A model generated the notes under the pieces. That model saw only the letters and a program-made list of their open reading frames with translations. It was not told where the DNA came from and did no database searches. Shown here piece after piece: positions 22,710 through 36,913 of a stretch of DNA of 64,000 nt. The position numbers were made by a program, and so were the translations under genes. Source of the stretch: an uncultured Gemmatimonadales bacterium (GTDB lineage: Bacteria > Gemmatimonadota > Gemmatimonadetes > Gemmatimonadales > GWC2-71-9); NCBI GenBank assembly GCA_963730185.1, contig CAVSQW010000015.1, positions 448,001 through 512,000 of the forward strand, in the 5' to 3' direction. The stretch's first letter is position 1; each line of letters begins with the position of its first letter.

Positions 22710-24005
22710 ATGGCGTCTCTCGCGGAACAACTGATTGCAAAGGCGGAACGGCGCGACGCGCTGTTCGGGATCGTGGGGCTGGGTTACGTCGGGCTGCCGC
22801 TCGCGGTCGAGCTGGCCAAGGCCGGCTACAAGGTGCTCGGCTTCGACGTGAGCCAGCGGGTGGTCGACGGCCTCAACGCCGGGAAATCGCACGTCAAGGA
22901 CATCACCGACGCCCAATTGGCGGAGGCGGTCGAGGCCGGCCGTTTCTCGGCGACGACCGACGGTGCCGCCCTCGCGGCCTGCGACGCGATCTCGATCTGC
23001 GTACCGACCCCGCTCTCGAAGTTCAAGGACCCCGACGTCAGCTACATCGTGGCGGCCACGGAGACGGTCAAGGCCGTGCTCCGGCCCGGGCAGGCGATCA
23101 TCCTCGAGAGCACGACCTACCCGGGCACCACCCGGGAGATCATGCTCCCGGCGCTGGAATCGACCGGGCTCAAGGTGGGCGAGGATTTCTTCCTGGCCTT
23201 CAGCCCCGAGCGGGTCGATCCCGGTAACGAGACCTACCGGACCAAGAACACCCCGAAGGTGGTCGGCGGGATCACCCTCGATTGCCAGCGGGTGGTGATG
23301 GCCCTCTATCAGCCGTCAATCGACACGCTGGTGCCGGTGTCGACGACCGAGGCGGCCGAGCTGGTCAAGCTCCTCGAGAACACCTTCCGGAGCGTGAACA
23401 TCGGTCTGGTGAACGAGATGGCCATCGTCTGCGACAAGCTGGGCGTGGACGTCTGGGAAGTGATCGAAGCCGCGGCCACCAAGCCGTTCGGCTTCATGAA
23501 ATTCCTCCCGGGCCCGGGACTGGGCGGGCACTGCATCCCGATCGATCCCCACTACCTCGCCTGGAAGATGCGGGGCCTCAACTACAAGACCCGGTTCATC
23601 GACCTGGCCGGCGAGCTCAACACCGAGATGCCGGTCTTCTGGGTCCGAAAGGTGGCCGACGCGCTGAACGAGGCCGGCCGGGCCGTCCGGGGGTCCTCGG
23701 TCCTAGTGCTCGGCGTCGCCTACAAGCGGGACATCGAGGATCTCCGGGAAAGCCCGGCGCTCGACATCATCCGCCTGCTCCAGGGCCAGGGCGCCCGGGT
23801 CTCCTATCACGACCCCTACGTCCCCGAGTACCGGGAGGACGGGCACAGCCTCCGGTCGGTGCCATTGACCTCGGAGACGCTCGCCAAGGTCGACTGCGTG
23901 ATGATCGTGACTGACCACACCAACGTGGACTACGGCCTGATCCGCCAGGAAGCCAAGGTCGTCGTGGACACTCGGAACGCGCTCAAGCGCGTGATGGGAA
24001 GCTGA
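22710..24005 (+). CDS. UDP-N-acetylhexosamine 6-dehydrogenase (WbpA-like)
   Basis: [45 protein letters not shown]. Confidence 0.9.
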   Translation: MASLAEQLIAKAERRDALFGIVGLGYVGLPLAVELAKAGYKVLGFDVSQRVVDGLNAGKSHVKDITDAQLAEAVEAGRFSATTDGAALAACDAISICVPTPLSKFKDPDVSYIVAATETVKAVLRPGQAIILESTTYPGTTREIMLPALESTGLKVGEDFFLAFSPERVDPGNETYRTKNTPKVVGGITLDCQRVVMALYQPSIDTLVPVSTTEAAELVKLLENTFRSVNIGLVNEMAIVCDKLGVDVWEVIEAAATKPFGFMKFLPGPGLGGHCIPIDPHYLAWKMRGLNYKTRFIDLAGELNTEMPVFWVRKVADALNEAGRAVRGSSVLVLGVAYKRDIEDLRESPALDIIRLLQGQGARVSYHDPYVPEYREDGHSLRSVPLTSETLAKVDCVMIVTDHTNVDYGLIRQEAKVVVDTRNALKRVMGS

Positions 24006-24008
24006 GCC

Positions 24009-25317
24009 ATGCGGGTTACCGTCATCGGGAGCGGGCTACGTCGGGCTGGTGGCCGGCGCCTGCTTGGCCGAGACCGGCAACGACGTGGTCTGCGCCGACG
24101 TCGACCTCGACAAGATCGAGCGGCTCCGTCGGAACGACATCCCGATCTACGAGCCCGGCCTCGAGCCAATGGTCCGGCGGAACCAGGCCGAAGGCCGGCT
24201 CGAGTTCACCGGCGACGTGGCCGAAGCCGTGCACCATGGGCGGGTGATCTTCATCGCGGTGGGTACGCCCCCCGGCGAGGACGGCTCGGCCGACCTGCAA
24301 GCACGTGCTGGCGGTGGCCACGGCCGTCGGCAAGCACATGACCGAGCCCAAGATCGTGGTCACCAAGTCGACCGTGCCGGTGGGCACCGCCGAGAAGGTG
24401 CGGGCCGCGATCCAGGCCGAGACCGAACATCGGGTTCTCGGTCTGCTCCAACCCGGAGTTCCTCAAGGAAGGCGCGGCGATCGAGGACTTCATGAAGCCC
24501 GACCGGGTGGTGGTCGGGGTGGATTCCGACGAGGCCCGGGAGGCGCTGGCGCAGCTCTACGCGCCCTTCGTCCGGACCGGTAACCCGATCCTGTTCATGG
24601 ACATCCCCTCGGCCGAGGTCACCAAGTACGCCGCCAACGCGATGCTGGCCACCCGGATCTCGTTCATGAACCAGATGGCGCACCTCTGCGAGCTGGTGGG
24701 TGCCGACGTGGACCTGCGTCCGGCAAGGGCATCGGCAGCGACCAGCGGATCGGCTCGGCGTTCCTCTTCCCGGGGCCCGGGTACGGCGGCTCGTGCTTTC
24801 CGAAGGACGTCAAGGCGCTGATCCGGACGGCCAAGGACCTGGGCATCGGCTCCGGTGCTCTGGGAGGCGGTCGAGGCGGTCAACGAGCGCCAGAAGCTGG
24901 TGTTGCTCGACAAGGTGCACGCGGCGTTCGGTGGCAGCCTGGCGGGCAAGCGGATCGCCGTCTGGGGCCTGGCCTTCAAGGCCGAGACCGACGACATGCG
25001 GGAGAGCCCCTCGATCCCGCTGATCGAGCGGATCCTGGCGGCGGGCGGCGTCGGTCACCGCCCACGATCCCAAGGCGATGGACGTGGCCCGGGACCTGTT
25101 TGGCGACCGGGTGCAGTTCGGCAAGGACCCCTACGATGCGGTGGCCCGGGCCGAGGCGCTGGTGATCGTGACCGAGTGGCTGGTCTACCGGAACCCCGAC
25201 TTCGACCGGCTCCGCAACGAGCTGACCCGGCCGATCATCGTCGACGGCCGGAACCTCTTCGACCCCGACCGGATGGCCCGTCTGGGCTTCACCTATCGCG
25301 GGATCGGTCGGGGGTAG
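24009..25317 (+). CDS. ugd: UDP-glucose 6-dehydrogenase (about 6 apparent indels)
   Basis: [52 protein letters not shown] and [15 protein letters not shown] recovered from shifting frames. Confidence 0.88.
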
Positions 25318-25319
25318 GC

Positions 25320-26255
25320 ATGCGCGTGCTGATCACCGGCGCCGCCGGGTTCCTAGGCTCGCACCTGACCGACCGCTTCCTCGCCGACGGCCACGAGGTC
25401 GTCGGGATGGACAACTTCATCACCGGCTCGCCCGACAACCTCAAGCACCTCGAGGGCGACGATCGGTTCGAGTTGATCGAGCACGACGTCTCCAAGTACG
25501 TCTCGGTCGACGGGCACCTCGATGGGGTGCTGCACTTCGCGTCGCCGGCCAGCCCGATCGACTATCTCCAGCTCCCCATCCAGACCCTCAAGGTCGGCTC
25601 GCTCGGCACCCACAACACCCTGGGGGTCGCCAAGGCGAAAGGCGCTCGGTACTTCCTGGCGTCGACTTCGGAGGTCTACGGCGACCCCCAGGTCCATCCC
25701 CAGCCCGAGAGCTACTGGGGCCACGTCAATCCGGTCGGTCCGCGGGGGGTCTACGACGAGGCCAAGCGGTTCGCCGAAGCGATGACCATGGCCTATCACC
25801 GCTATCACGGGGTCGAGACCCGGATCGTCCGGATCTTCAATACCTACGGGCCCCGGATGCGCCCGTACGACGGCCGGGTCGTGTCGAATTTCGTGGTGCA
25901 GGCGCTCAAGGGAGAGCCCCTCACGGTCTACGGCCAGGGGAACCAGACCCGCTCCTTCTGCTATGTCTCCGACCTGATCGAGGGGATCTACCGCCTCTTC
26001 CAGAGCGACCGGGTCGACCCGACCAACATCGGGAATCCGGCCGAGTTCACCGTGCTCGAGCTGGCCAGGCTGGTGAAGGAGATGACCGGCAGCGCCTCCC
26101 CGATCGAGTACGAGCCCCTCCCGACCGACGATCCCAAGGTCCGCCGGCCCGACATCACCATCGCCCGTGAGGTCCTGGGCTGGGAGGCCAACGTCGACCT
26201 CCGCCAAGGGCTGGTTCGGACCATCGATTACTTCCGGTCCGTCGTCGGCGCATGA
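25320..26255 (+). CDS. uxs: UDP-glucuronic acid decarboxylase (UDP-xylose synthase family)
   Basis: [45 protein letters not shown]. Confidence 0.88.
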   Translation: MRVLITGAAGFLGSHLTDRFLADGHEVVGMDNFITGSPDNLKHLEGDDRFELIEHDVSKYVSVDGHLDGVLHFASPASPIDYLQLPIQTLKVGSLGTHNTLGVAKAKGARYFLASTSEVYGDPQVHPQPESYWGHVNPVGPRGVYDEAKRFAEAMTMAYHRYHGVETRIVRIFNTYGPRMRPYDGRVVSNFVVQALKGEPLTVYGQGNQTRSFCYVSDLIEGIYRLFQSDRVDPTNIGNPAEFTVLELARLVKEMTGSASPIEYEPLPTDDPKVRRPDITIAREVLGWEANVDLRQGLVRTIDYFRSVVGA

Positions 26256-27220
26256 CCCGGGTGCTGGTGACCGGGGCGGCCGGTTTCATCGGCTCGCACC
26301 TGGCCGAGGCGCTAGTGGCCCGGGGCGACGAGGTGATCGGGGTCGACTGTTTCGATCCGTTCTACCCCCGCCCGTACAAGGAAGCCAACCTGGCCCGGCT
26401 CCGCCGCGAAGCCGGCTTCCGGCTGGTCGAAGCCGACGTGGCCGAGGTCGACACCGTGACCGGCCTGCTGACGCCCGATACGGTGGTGGCCCACCTGGCG
26501 GCCAAGGCGGGGGTCCGGCCCTCGATCGCCGACCCGGTGGGGTACGCTCGGACGAACGTCCAGGGCACGGCCGCGGTGGTGGAGGCCATGCGCCGGGCCG
26601 GGGCCACCCGGCTGGCCTTCGGATCCTCCTCCTCGGTGTACGGCAATTCCACGCCGGCCCCCTTCCGGGAGGATGCCGAGGCCCTCTGCCCGGTGTCTCC
26701 CTACGCCGCCACCAAACGGGCCGCGGAGCTGCTCCTGGTGGCCATGGCACCCCTGGTGGGTCTCAAAGTGGCCTCACTCCGCTATTTTACTGTGTTCGGC
26801 CCCCGGCAGCGTCCGGATCTCGCGATCCACGGGTTCACCCGGCGGATGCTCCAGGGGGAGTCGCTGACGCTCTTCGGCGACGGGAGCCAGGCCCGCGACT
26901 ACACCTACTGCTCGGACATCGTGGCAGGTACGGTGGCGGCCATCGATTGGACGGCGAGCGCTCCGGTCGGCGTCGAGCACTTCAATCTCGGGGGACATCG
27001 ACCCGTGCCGCTCCGCGATTTGGTCGCGGCGCTGTCCGGGGCGCTGGGAATCACCCCCCGGGTTCAGTGGCTCCCGATGCAGCCGGGGGACGTCGAGTTG
27101 ACCTACGCCGACCTGACCAAATCGGGCTCGGTACTGGGGTTCGCCCCTCGGGTCGGCTTCGACGAGGGGATCGCCCGTTTCGTGGAGTGGTGTCGAAACT
27201 TCTATGAAAGTCAGCACTGA
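26252..27220 (+). CDS. NAD-dependent epimerase (UDP-glucuronate 4-epimerase-like)
   Basis: [45 protein letters not shown]. Confidence 0.85.
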   Translation: MTRVLVTGAAGFIGSHLAEALVARGDEVIGVDCFDPFYPRPYKEANLARLRREAGFRLVEADVAEVDTVTGLLTPDTVVAHLAAKAGVRPSIADPVGYARTNVQGTAAVVEAMRRAGATRLAFGSSSSVYGNSTPAPFREDAEALCPVSPYAATKRAAELLLVAMAPLVGLKVASLRYFTVFGPRQRPDLAIHGFTRRMLQGESLTLFGDGSQARDYTYCSDIVAGTVAAIDWTASAPVGVEHFNLGGHRPVPLRDLVAALSGALGITPRVQWLPMQPGDVELTYADLTKSGSVLGFAPRVGFDEGIARFVEWCRNFYESQH

Positions 27221-27911
27221 GCATCTGCTCCAGCAGGCCCGTGAGCGCTTCACGGTCCAGGACTATTACGGCGCAGTGCATCTGCTCGACGAGATCCTCG
27301 AAGGCGGTCGTGCCTTCGCGGACGCTCTGCATTTGCGGGGGGTCTGCCTCTCGCTGCTCGGTCAGACCGAGCGCGCCCTGGAGGACTTCGACCAGGCCCT
27401 CGAGCTGAACCCCCGCTACGTCGACGCCCTGGTCCATCGGGGAGTGATCCTGGTGGAGCTGGGCCGCACGGCCGAAGCCGACGCCTCGTTTCAGCGGGCC
27501 GCGGCGCTGGGGCAAGGAGCCCTGGGCGGCTTCTCGCGGCCGGTCGCCGCCCGGCTGGCCAACATGCACGCTACGCTGGGCGACGCCTACGCCGACGCCG
27601 GCGCGCTCCATCCGGCCATCGAGCAGTACCGGCGGGCCGTCGAGCTCGGCCCGGATTTCCACGATCTTCGCTACCGGCTCGCCCGCTTCCTGCTCGACGT
27701 GGGCCGGCCGCTCGAGGCCCGCGAAGAGCTGGAGCGGATCGTGAGCGTCCAGCCCGATTTCATCGACGCCCAGGCCACCCTCGGCTTGGCCCACTACCTC
27801 TCCGGCGATGCCACCGGGGCTCAGGAGATCTGGGCCCAGTGTCTTCGGCGCCGCCCGGACAACGCCCGCGTGGGGGCCTATCTGGCGATGGCGGAGCGGC
27901 TGGTTTCGTGA
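27204..27911 (+). CDS. Tetratricopeptide repeat protein
   Basis: Repeated TPR-like helical hairpins (ALEDFDQALELNPRY, AIEQYRRAVELGPDF). Confidence 0.85.
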   Translation: MKVSTEHLLQQARERFTVQDYYGAVHLLDEILEGGRAFADALHLRGVCLSLLGQTERALEDFDQALELNPRYVDALVHRGVILVELGRTAEADASFQRAAALGQGALGGFSRPVAARLANMHATLGDAYADAGALHPAIEQYRRAVELGPDFHDLRYRLARFLLDVGRPLEAREELERIVSVQPDFIDAQATLGLAHYLSGDATGAQEIWAQCLRRRPDNARVGAYLAMAERLVS

Positions 27912-28822
27912 GGCTCCGCTTCCTGATGGGGATGGCCATGCTGGTCTCGGGATGCAGCTTCGCCGCCGCCGACCACGAGCGTCTGGGTGACGAGGCCTTC
28001 CGCGATGGCCAGTACGCCAAGGCCCTGGCCGAATATCAGGCCGCCCAGAAGAGCGGGCCCCGGAGCCGGGTCTGGGCCAAGGCCGGCCTGGCCGCGCTCA
28101 AAGCGCCCGATCTCGGCGCCGCGATCGACGCCTACCGCGAGCTCGCGACCTCCGATCCAAGCCGGGCCACTGAAGCCGCCGTCGGCCTCGAGCACGTGGT
28201 CGACGCCGCGACCCGGGGAGGCGACGGCCAGGCGGCCATCGTGCCCCGAGCGGTCCGGGCGCTCCGAGAGGTCGCGCCCACCCGCCCCTTGGGGCGGCTC
28301 GCCCAGGTGTCCGTCAGCGGGCCGGCGGTCGGCCCGGCGGAGTTCGCGAGCCTGGCACCCGCGGCCCTCGCGACGGCGCCCAACGCCAGCGCGGTCGACT
28401 CGCTCCTGCTCCGCTACGCCAACGCCCAACGGACCACCACGGCCTGCGACGGTGCCGCGCGGAGCTACCAGAGCGTGCTCCGACGGACCGAGCGGTCCCG
28501 GGTTCGAACCGAGGCCCGGGAGGGATTGGCGTTCTGCGCCCTGGTGCTCGGCCTCGACGCGCTGACCACCCAGCAGGCCGATCAGGCCGAGCGCTGGTTC
28601 GAGGCCGTGCTCTCGGTGGAGTCGGGAACCCCGCGCAGCTGGCGGGCCCAGATCGGGCGGGGGGACGCCCGCCTCCTGCGAGGCGACGCGATCGGGGCGT
28701 CGGTGGCCTATCAGTCGGTGCTGGCGGGGGCGTCGGTCCCCGACAGCCTTCGGACCATGGCGGCGACCCGCCTCAACGAGCTGGGCTCGGCGTCGGCCGG
28801 CCCTTCGGGAGGCGGGGCATGA
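27908..28822 (+). CDS. TPR-like lipoprotein
   Basis: Lipobox LVSG-C; TPR-like helices; GTGA overlap. Confidence 0.7.
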   Translation: MRLRFLMGMAMLVSGCSFAAADHERLGDEAFRDGQYAKALAEYQAAQKSGPRSRVWAKAGLAALKAPDLGAAIDAYRELATSDPSRATEAAVGLEHVVDAATRGGDGQAAIVPRAVRALREVAPTRPLGRLAQVSVSGPAVGPAEFASLAPAALATAPNASAVDSLLLRYANAQRTTTACDGAARSYQSVLRRTERSRVRTEAREGLAFCALVLGLDALTTQQADQAERWFEAVLSVESGTPRSWRAQIGRGDARLLRGDAIGASVAYQSVLAGASVPDSLRTMAATRLNELGSASAGPSGGGA

Positions 28823-29619
28823 TCCGTCGATTCGCGTTGCTGGCCCTGGCCCTGGTGGTGCTCGGCGGGTGCTGGCCCTTTGGCCACGGCAAGAAATCGG
28901 CGGCCCCACCGCCGGTGCTCGCCAACTCCCCTCGGACCATCGACTCACTCTGGCAGGTGGGGGTGGGCGAGTTCAACAACGGACATTGGGGCGACGCGCG
29001 GAAGGCCTTCGATCGGGTCGGCACCGGGCTGGCGGCCACCGACCCGCGCTACTCCAGGCTCCGGTTCTTCCAGGCCGAGATCGCTTTGGCGGAGGGGACC
29101 GAGCTCGATGCGGTCCGGATCTTTCGCCGGATCGCCGACGAGACGCCCCAGGATTCGTTGGCGCCCGACGCGCTGCTCCGGGCCGGTGACGCCTACGCGG
29201 CGCTCTGGCGGAACCCGGAGCTCGATCCGACCTACGGGCAGACGGCGCTCGGCGTCTACCAGGAAGTGATCGCGCGCTATCCCAGCTCCGAGGCCGCCAA
29301 GCGGGCGCAGCTGGGCGTGAGCGAGCTGAACGAGCAGTTCGCGTTCAAGGAGTATCGGAGCGCGCTGTTCTACTACAAGTTCAAGGCGTACGAGTCCGCG
29401 ATCCTCATGCTCCGGAGCGTCGTCGCGGACTACCCCCGGGCCGAGATCGTCCCGGACGCGCTCGGGAAGCTGGTCGAAGCCTACCAGAAGCTCGGGTACG
29501 AGGAAGACCTCAAGGAAGCGTGCGGCTACATCGCCCGCTTCCACCCCGAGCCGGGCGGCCCCATCCGGCTCTGTCCGGCGACCCAGGCGGCGGATTCCAC
29601 GGCACCCGGCGCTCACTGA
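28819..29619 (+). CDS. bamD: Outer membrane protein assembly factor BamD
   Basis: Lipobox LGG-C; PELDPTY, ARYPSSE, ALFYYKFKAYESA, VADYP. Confidence 0.8.
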   Translation: MIRRFALLALALVVLGGCWPFGHGKKSAAPPPVLANSPRTIDSLWQVGVGEFNNGHWGDARKAFDRVGTGLAATDPRYSRLRFFQAEIALAEGTELDAVRIFRRIADETPQDSLAPDALLRAGDAYAALWRNPELDPTYGQTALGVYQEVIARYPSSEAAKRAQLGVSELNEQFAFKEYRSALFYYKFKAYESAILMLRSVVADYPRAEIVPDALGKLVEAYQKLGYEEDLKEACGYIARFHPEPGGPIRLCPATQAADSTAPGAH

Positions 29620-30189
29620 ATGCACCTGGTCGTCTTCGGGGGATCATTCGACCCGATCCACCACGGGCACCTGATCGTCGCCGGCGCCGCGCGCGAAGAG
29701 CTCGACGCCGATTCGGTGCGATTGGTGCCGACCGGCCAGCAGCCCTTCAAGGTGGGCCGACACCGGGCGCCGGCCTCTGACCGCCTCGCCATGGTCGCGC
29801 TCGCGGTCGACGGTCGGACCGATCTGGTGGCCGATCCCTGCGAGGTGAACCGGGACGGCCCCTCGTACACCGTGGACACGCTTCGAGCCTATGTCGAGCG
29901 GTTTCCCGGGGCGAGGATGAGCCTGGCGGTCGGTCTCGACGCCATCGCGCTGTTCGATTCCTGGCGCGAACCGGCCGAAATTCGGTCACTAGCGGAGGTG
30001 GTCGCACTGGTCCGATTGGGGGAGGACGTCCCTCGAGGGCTGGCGGCGCGGGTCGTCACCGTGCCCCGAATCGATATATCATCCACTGAAGTGCGCGAGC
30101 GGGTCCGCCGGGGGCGATCGATCCGCTATTGGGTCCCCGAGTCGGTGGACCGTTACATCGCGGCCCACGCCCTGTACCGGGAAACGTAA
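29620..30189 (+). CDS. nadD: Nicotinate-nucleotide adenylyltransferase
   Basis: FGGSFDPIHHGH, SYTVDTL, ISSTEVR. Confidence 0.95.
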   Translation: MHLVVFGGSFDPIHHGHLIVAGAAREELDADSVRLVPTGQQPFKVGRHRAPASDRLAMVALAVDGRTDLVADPCEVNRDGPSYTVDTLRAYVERFPGARMSLAVGLDAIALFDSWREPAEIRSLAEVVALVRLGEDVPRGLAARVVTVPRIDISSTEVRERVRRGRSIRYWVPESVDRYIAAHALYRET

Positions 30190-30192
30190 CTG

Positions 30193-33390
<3,198 letters not shown>

Positions 33391-33397
33391 GCCCCGG

Positions 33398-33429
33398 CGG
33401 GGCCGGAGATGATCCGGCCCCGTTTTCTT
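33398..33429 (+). terminator. Intrinsic terminator after secA
   Basis: CGGGGCCGGA-GATGA-TCCGGCCCCG-TTTTCTT. Confidence 0.75.
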
Positions 33430-33489
33430 GTCACCCCGGGGCGGTGTCACGACACCCGGGTTCACCGGTTCGGGGCCTACTTTGGGCGG

Positions 33490-34176
33490 ATGACCCCGCC
33501 CGTGCGTTCCCTTGCCGCCGAAGTCGACCGGCCCCGCGAGCGCCTCTGGCGCGAGGGGGCCGCCTCATTGACTGCCGCCGAGCTGCTCGCCATTCTGATA
33601 GGAACCGGCACGACTCGGCAGGGGGCGCTCCAAGTGGCGTCCTCCCTTGCCGATACGGCCGGGGGATCGCTCCGGCGGCTGGCCCGGCGGAGCCCCGCCG
33701 AGCTGATGCGGACGGGTGGGATCGGGCGGGCCAAGGCCAGTCGGGTGGTCGCCGCGCTCGAGCTCGGGTACCGGATGGCCCGGGAGGCCCGACCGGCCTC
33801 GAGCCGGATCCGCTGTCCCGAAGACGCGGTGCGGGCGGTGAGCGATCGACTGCGGGACCTCGAGGTCGAGGAATTCCACATCCTCGCCCTGAGCAGCCAA
33901 CACGACCTGCTCAAAGCGGTCCTGGTGACCCGCGGCGTCCTGGACGGCTCGCTGGTGCATCCGCGGGAAGTGTTCCGGGCCGCCATGGCGGAAGCGGCCG
34001 CGGGGATCATCCTGATTCACAACCACCCGAGTGGCGATCCCACGCCCTCGGCGGAGGATCGGGCGGTTACCCGGCAGCTGGTCGCCGCGGGTGAGGTCGT
34101 GGGGATTCCGGTGCTCGACCACGTGATCGTGGCCGGCGACCGGTGGACGAGTTTCGCGACGCAGGGGTTTCTGTGA
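33490..34176 (+). CDS. radC: RadC (JAB domain) protein
   Basis: RPRERL, AELLAIL, VHPREVF, HNHPSGDPTPS.ED, LDHVIV. Confidence 0.93.
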   Translation: MTPPVRSLAAEVDRPRERLWREGAASLTAAELLAILIGTGTTRQGALQVASSLADTAGGSLRRLARRSPAELMRTGGIGRAKASRVVAALELGYRMAREARPASSRIRCPEDAVRAVSDRLRDLEVEEFHILALSSQHDLLKAVLVTRGVLDGSLVHPREVFRAAMAEAAAGIILIHNHPSGDPTPSAEDRAVTRQLVAAGEVVGIPVLDHVIVAGDRWTSFATQGFL

Positions 34177-36329
34177 CCGAGGCGGTGGTCGACAAGGCAG
34201 GCGAGTTCCGGGCGGCGGTCGAGCGACACGCCGACCGGCTCGATCTCGACTTGATCGATCGGGCGCTCCGCTTCTCCAGCTCGGCCCACCGGGGCCAAAA
34301 GCGGATGTCCGGCGAGGAGTTCGTCTCCCACTCGATCGCGGTCGCCACCATCCTGGTCGGCCAGCTCCTCGACTCCACCTCGATCGCGGCAGCCCTCCTC
34401 CACGACGTCGTGGAAGACTCGGAGGTCAGCGTCGACGACATCTCGGCCGAGTTCGGCACCGAGGTGGCCGAGCTGGTCGACGGCCTCACCAAGATCTCCC
34501 ACCTGACCTTCCGCTCCCGGGCCGACGAGCAGGTCGAGAACTACCGGAAGCTCCTGATCTCGATCGCCCGGGACGCCCGCGTCATCATCATCAAGCTGGC
34601 CGACCGGCTCCACAACATGCGGACCCTGGAGCACCTGCCGGCCGAGCGGCGGGCCCGGATCGCGACCGAGACCCGCGAGATCTATGCCCCCTTGGCCCAC
34701 CGGTTCGGGATGGCACGGGTCAAAGCCGAGCTCGAGGACCTGGCCTTCAAGTTCCTGGAGCCCGAGGAGTACTCCTCGCTGGCCCGCCAGGTCGCGTCCA
34801 AGCGGGCGGAGCGGGAGTCCATGGTCGAGGCCCTCAGGCAGCCGCTCGACGAGGAGCTCCGGCGGAGCGGGATCAAGGAGTTCGAGGTCACCGGCCGGCC
34901 CAAGCACCTCTGGTCGATCTACCAGAAGATGAAGAAACGGGGCACCCCGTTCGACGAGGTGTACGACATGATGGCGCTCCGGGTTACGGTCGCCACCGTC
35001 CCCGAGTGCTATCACGTCCTCGGCGTGCTGCACCATACCTGGACGCCGCTCCAGGAGCGGATCAAGGACTACATCGCCAGCCCGAAATCGAACGGCTACC
35101 AGTCCCTCCACACCACGATCTTCGGTCCCAACGGCCAGCTCTACGAGGTTCAGATCCGGACCCACGAGATGCACCGGACCGCGGAGTACGGCATCGCGGC
35201 TCACTGGCTCTACAAGGACGACCGGCCCAAGCGCGACGAGCTCGACGAGCACTTCGAGTGGTTCCGCCAGCTGCTCGAGCTCCAGCAGGACGCCCACAGT
35301 CAGGAAGAATTCCTCGAGTTCCTGAAACTCGATCTCTACCAGGACGAGATCTTCGTCTTCACCCCGGAAGGCGACGTCAAGCAGCTGCCCAAGGGTGCCA
35401 CCGCGATCGACTTCGCGTTCCACGTGCACACCGAGGTCGGTCTCCACTGCCAGGGCTCCAAGATCAACGGCCGGATCGCGCCCCTCCACCGGGAGATCAA
35501 GAACGGCGACACGGTCGAGATCCTCACTTCGCCCAACGCCAAGCCGAGCCGGGACTGGCTGAGCCACGTGCGGACCGGCCGGGCCCGCCAGAAGATCAAG
35601 CAGTGGATCCGGCACGAGGAAGAGACCCTCAGCGTGGGCCTCGGCAGCGACATCCTGGCTCGGGAGATCCGGCGGCGGCGGCTCACCATGCCCGACGGCG
35701 CCCAGCTGGAGCAGGCCGGGAAGACCCTCGGCCTGGCCGACGGCAAAGCCCTGGAGACCGCGATCGGCCGGGGCGACCTGGCGATCGGCCAGGTCATGCG
35801 GGCCCTGTTCCCGGCCTTGACCGAGGAGGACCTCCGGGAGCCCAAGCCGACCGTATTCGGCCGGATGCTCAACCGGATCCGCCTGGGGCGGGGGATCCGG
35901 ATCCAGGGTATCGACGGGATGCTGGTTCGCTACGCCCAGTGCTGCCAGCCCGTGCCCGGCGACCCGGTGGTGGGCTACGTGACCCAGGGGCGGGGCATCT
36001 CGATCCACCGGGCCGACTGCCCCAACCTGCTCAACCTGAAAGAGGGCGACCGGCGGGTCGAGATCGACTGGCAGGAGCAGGAGGGCGAGTCGTACGCCGT
36101 CCGGCTGGTGGTGAGTGCCCTGGACCGGCGGGGGCTCTACGCCGACATCCTCCAGGCCATCAGCGAAACCGGCACCAACATCCGGCGGGCCGACCTCCAC
36201 ACCAAGGACGGCGGGGCCTTCGGGACCGTCTTCGTGGAGGTGGAGAACCTGCCCCACCTGGCCAAGGTGCTCAAGGCCGTCCGGCGGGTGAAGGGGGTGC
36301 AGACGGTGGATCGGAGGGAGGTCGGATAG
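34173..36329 (+). CDS. relA: Bifunctional (p)ppGpp synthetase/hydrolase (Rel)
   Basis: LLHDVVED hydrolase motif, KLADRLHNMRTL, GRPKH, NGYQSLHT, then TGS and ACT domains. Confidence 0.95.
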   Translation: MTEAVVDKAGEFRAAVERHADRLDLDLIDRALRFSSSAHRGQKRMSGEEFVSHSIAVATILVGQLLDSTSIAAALLHDVVEDSEVSVDDISAEFGTEVAELVDGLTKISHLTFRSRADEQVENYRKLLISIARDARVIIIKLADRLHNMRTLEHLPAERRARIATETREIYAPLAHRFGMARVKAELEDLAFKFLEPEEYSSLARQVASKRAERESMVEALRQPLDEELRRSGIKEFEVTGRPKHLWSIYQKMKKRGTPFDEVYDMMALRVTVATVPECYHVLGVLHHTWTPLQERIKDYIASPKSNGYQSLHTTIFGPNGQLYEVQIRTHEMHRTAEYGIAAHWLYKDDRPKRDELDEHFEWFRQLLELQQDAHSQEEFLEFLKLDLYQDEIFVFTPEGDVKQLPKGATAIDFAFHVHTEVGLHCQGSKINGRIAPLHREIKNGDTVEILTSPNAKPSRDWLSHVRTGRARQKIKQWIRHEEETLSVGLGSDILAREIRRRRLTMPDGAQLEQAGKTLGLADGKALETAIGRGDLAIGQVMRALFPALTEEDLREPKPTVFGRMLNRIRLGRGIRIQGIDGMLVRYAQCCQPVPGDPVVGYVTQGRGISIHRADCPNLLNLKEGDRRVEIDWQEQEGESYAVRLVVSALDRRGLYADILQAISETGTNIRRADLHTKDGGAFGTVFVEVENLPHLAKVLKAVRRVKGVQTVDRREVG

Positions 36330-36388
36330 GGAGTCGGGAATTGGGAGTCGGGAGTAGGGAGGGAGTAGGCGGTAGGGAGTAGGCGGAA
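36329..36388 (+). repeat. G-rich heptamer tandem array (GGGAGTA/GGGAGTC-like, ~8 units)
   Basis: gggagtc gggaatt gggagtc gggagta ggga gggagta ggcggta gggagta ggcggaa, starting at the last base of the rel stop codon. Confidence 0.85.
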
Positions 36389-36478
36389 CGGTGGCGGGGC
36401 GGGGTTTGGGTACGGGGGGTGGAAAAATGGTTGGGGGAGGGGGTGTTGGCGGGTTAGCTTGAACGCCCTCGGACTGGA

Positions 36479-36895
36479 GTGACCGTGCCGAAGCCGACCG
36501 TCGTTCGAACCCATCGGGATCTCGTGGTCTGGCAGAAGAGCCTCGACCTCGCGGTCGAGGTCCATGCCTTGGCGGCCGCGCTCCCGCCCGACGAGCGGTA
36601 CGGGCTTCAGGAGCAGCTCCGGCGGGCAGCGGCGTCGATCCCGGCGAACATCGCCGAGGGGGCGGCGCGAGCCCACACCCGCGAGTACCTTCAGGCCCTT
36701 CAGATCGCGCGAGCCTCGGCCGCGGAGCTGGATAGCCATCTGGCCTTGGCCGAACGCCTCGGCTACCTGCCGCGTGGCTCCGTGGCCGACCTGACGCTGC
36801 TGCCCGAGGTGGGGCGCTTGCTCACCGGTCTGATCCAAGCGCTCCGAGCCCGGCAGGAGCGGCGGACCGTGCGCGGGTCCGCCGCCCGACCCTGA
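36479..36895 (+). CDS. Four helix bundle protein (23S rRNA IVP / Avd-like family)
   Basis: HRDLVVWQKS, P.DERYGL..QLRRAAASIPANIAEG, FL/YL..ARAS..EL family signature. Confidence 0.92.
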   Translation: MTVPKPTVVRTHRDLVVWQKSLDLAVEVHALAAALPPDERYGLQEQLRRAAASIPANIAEGAARAHTREYLQALQIARASAAELDSHLALAERLGYLPRGSVADLTLLPEVGRLLTGLIQALRARQERRTVRGSAARP

Positions 36896-36913
36896 ACCAG
36901 AATTGCCGCCGCC

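Noticed and set aside
24855..26255. Apparent Ugd-Uxs (ArnA-like) fusion ORF
   Set aside because: Result of ugd indels; ugd ends at 25317 and uxs starts at ATG 25320
33490..34176. radC as a mobile-element marker
   Set aside because: Full-length chromosomal type with N-terminal HhH region, coupled to rel among housekeeping genes
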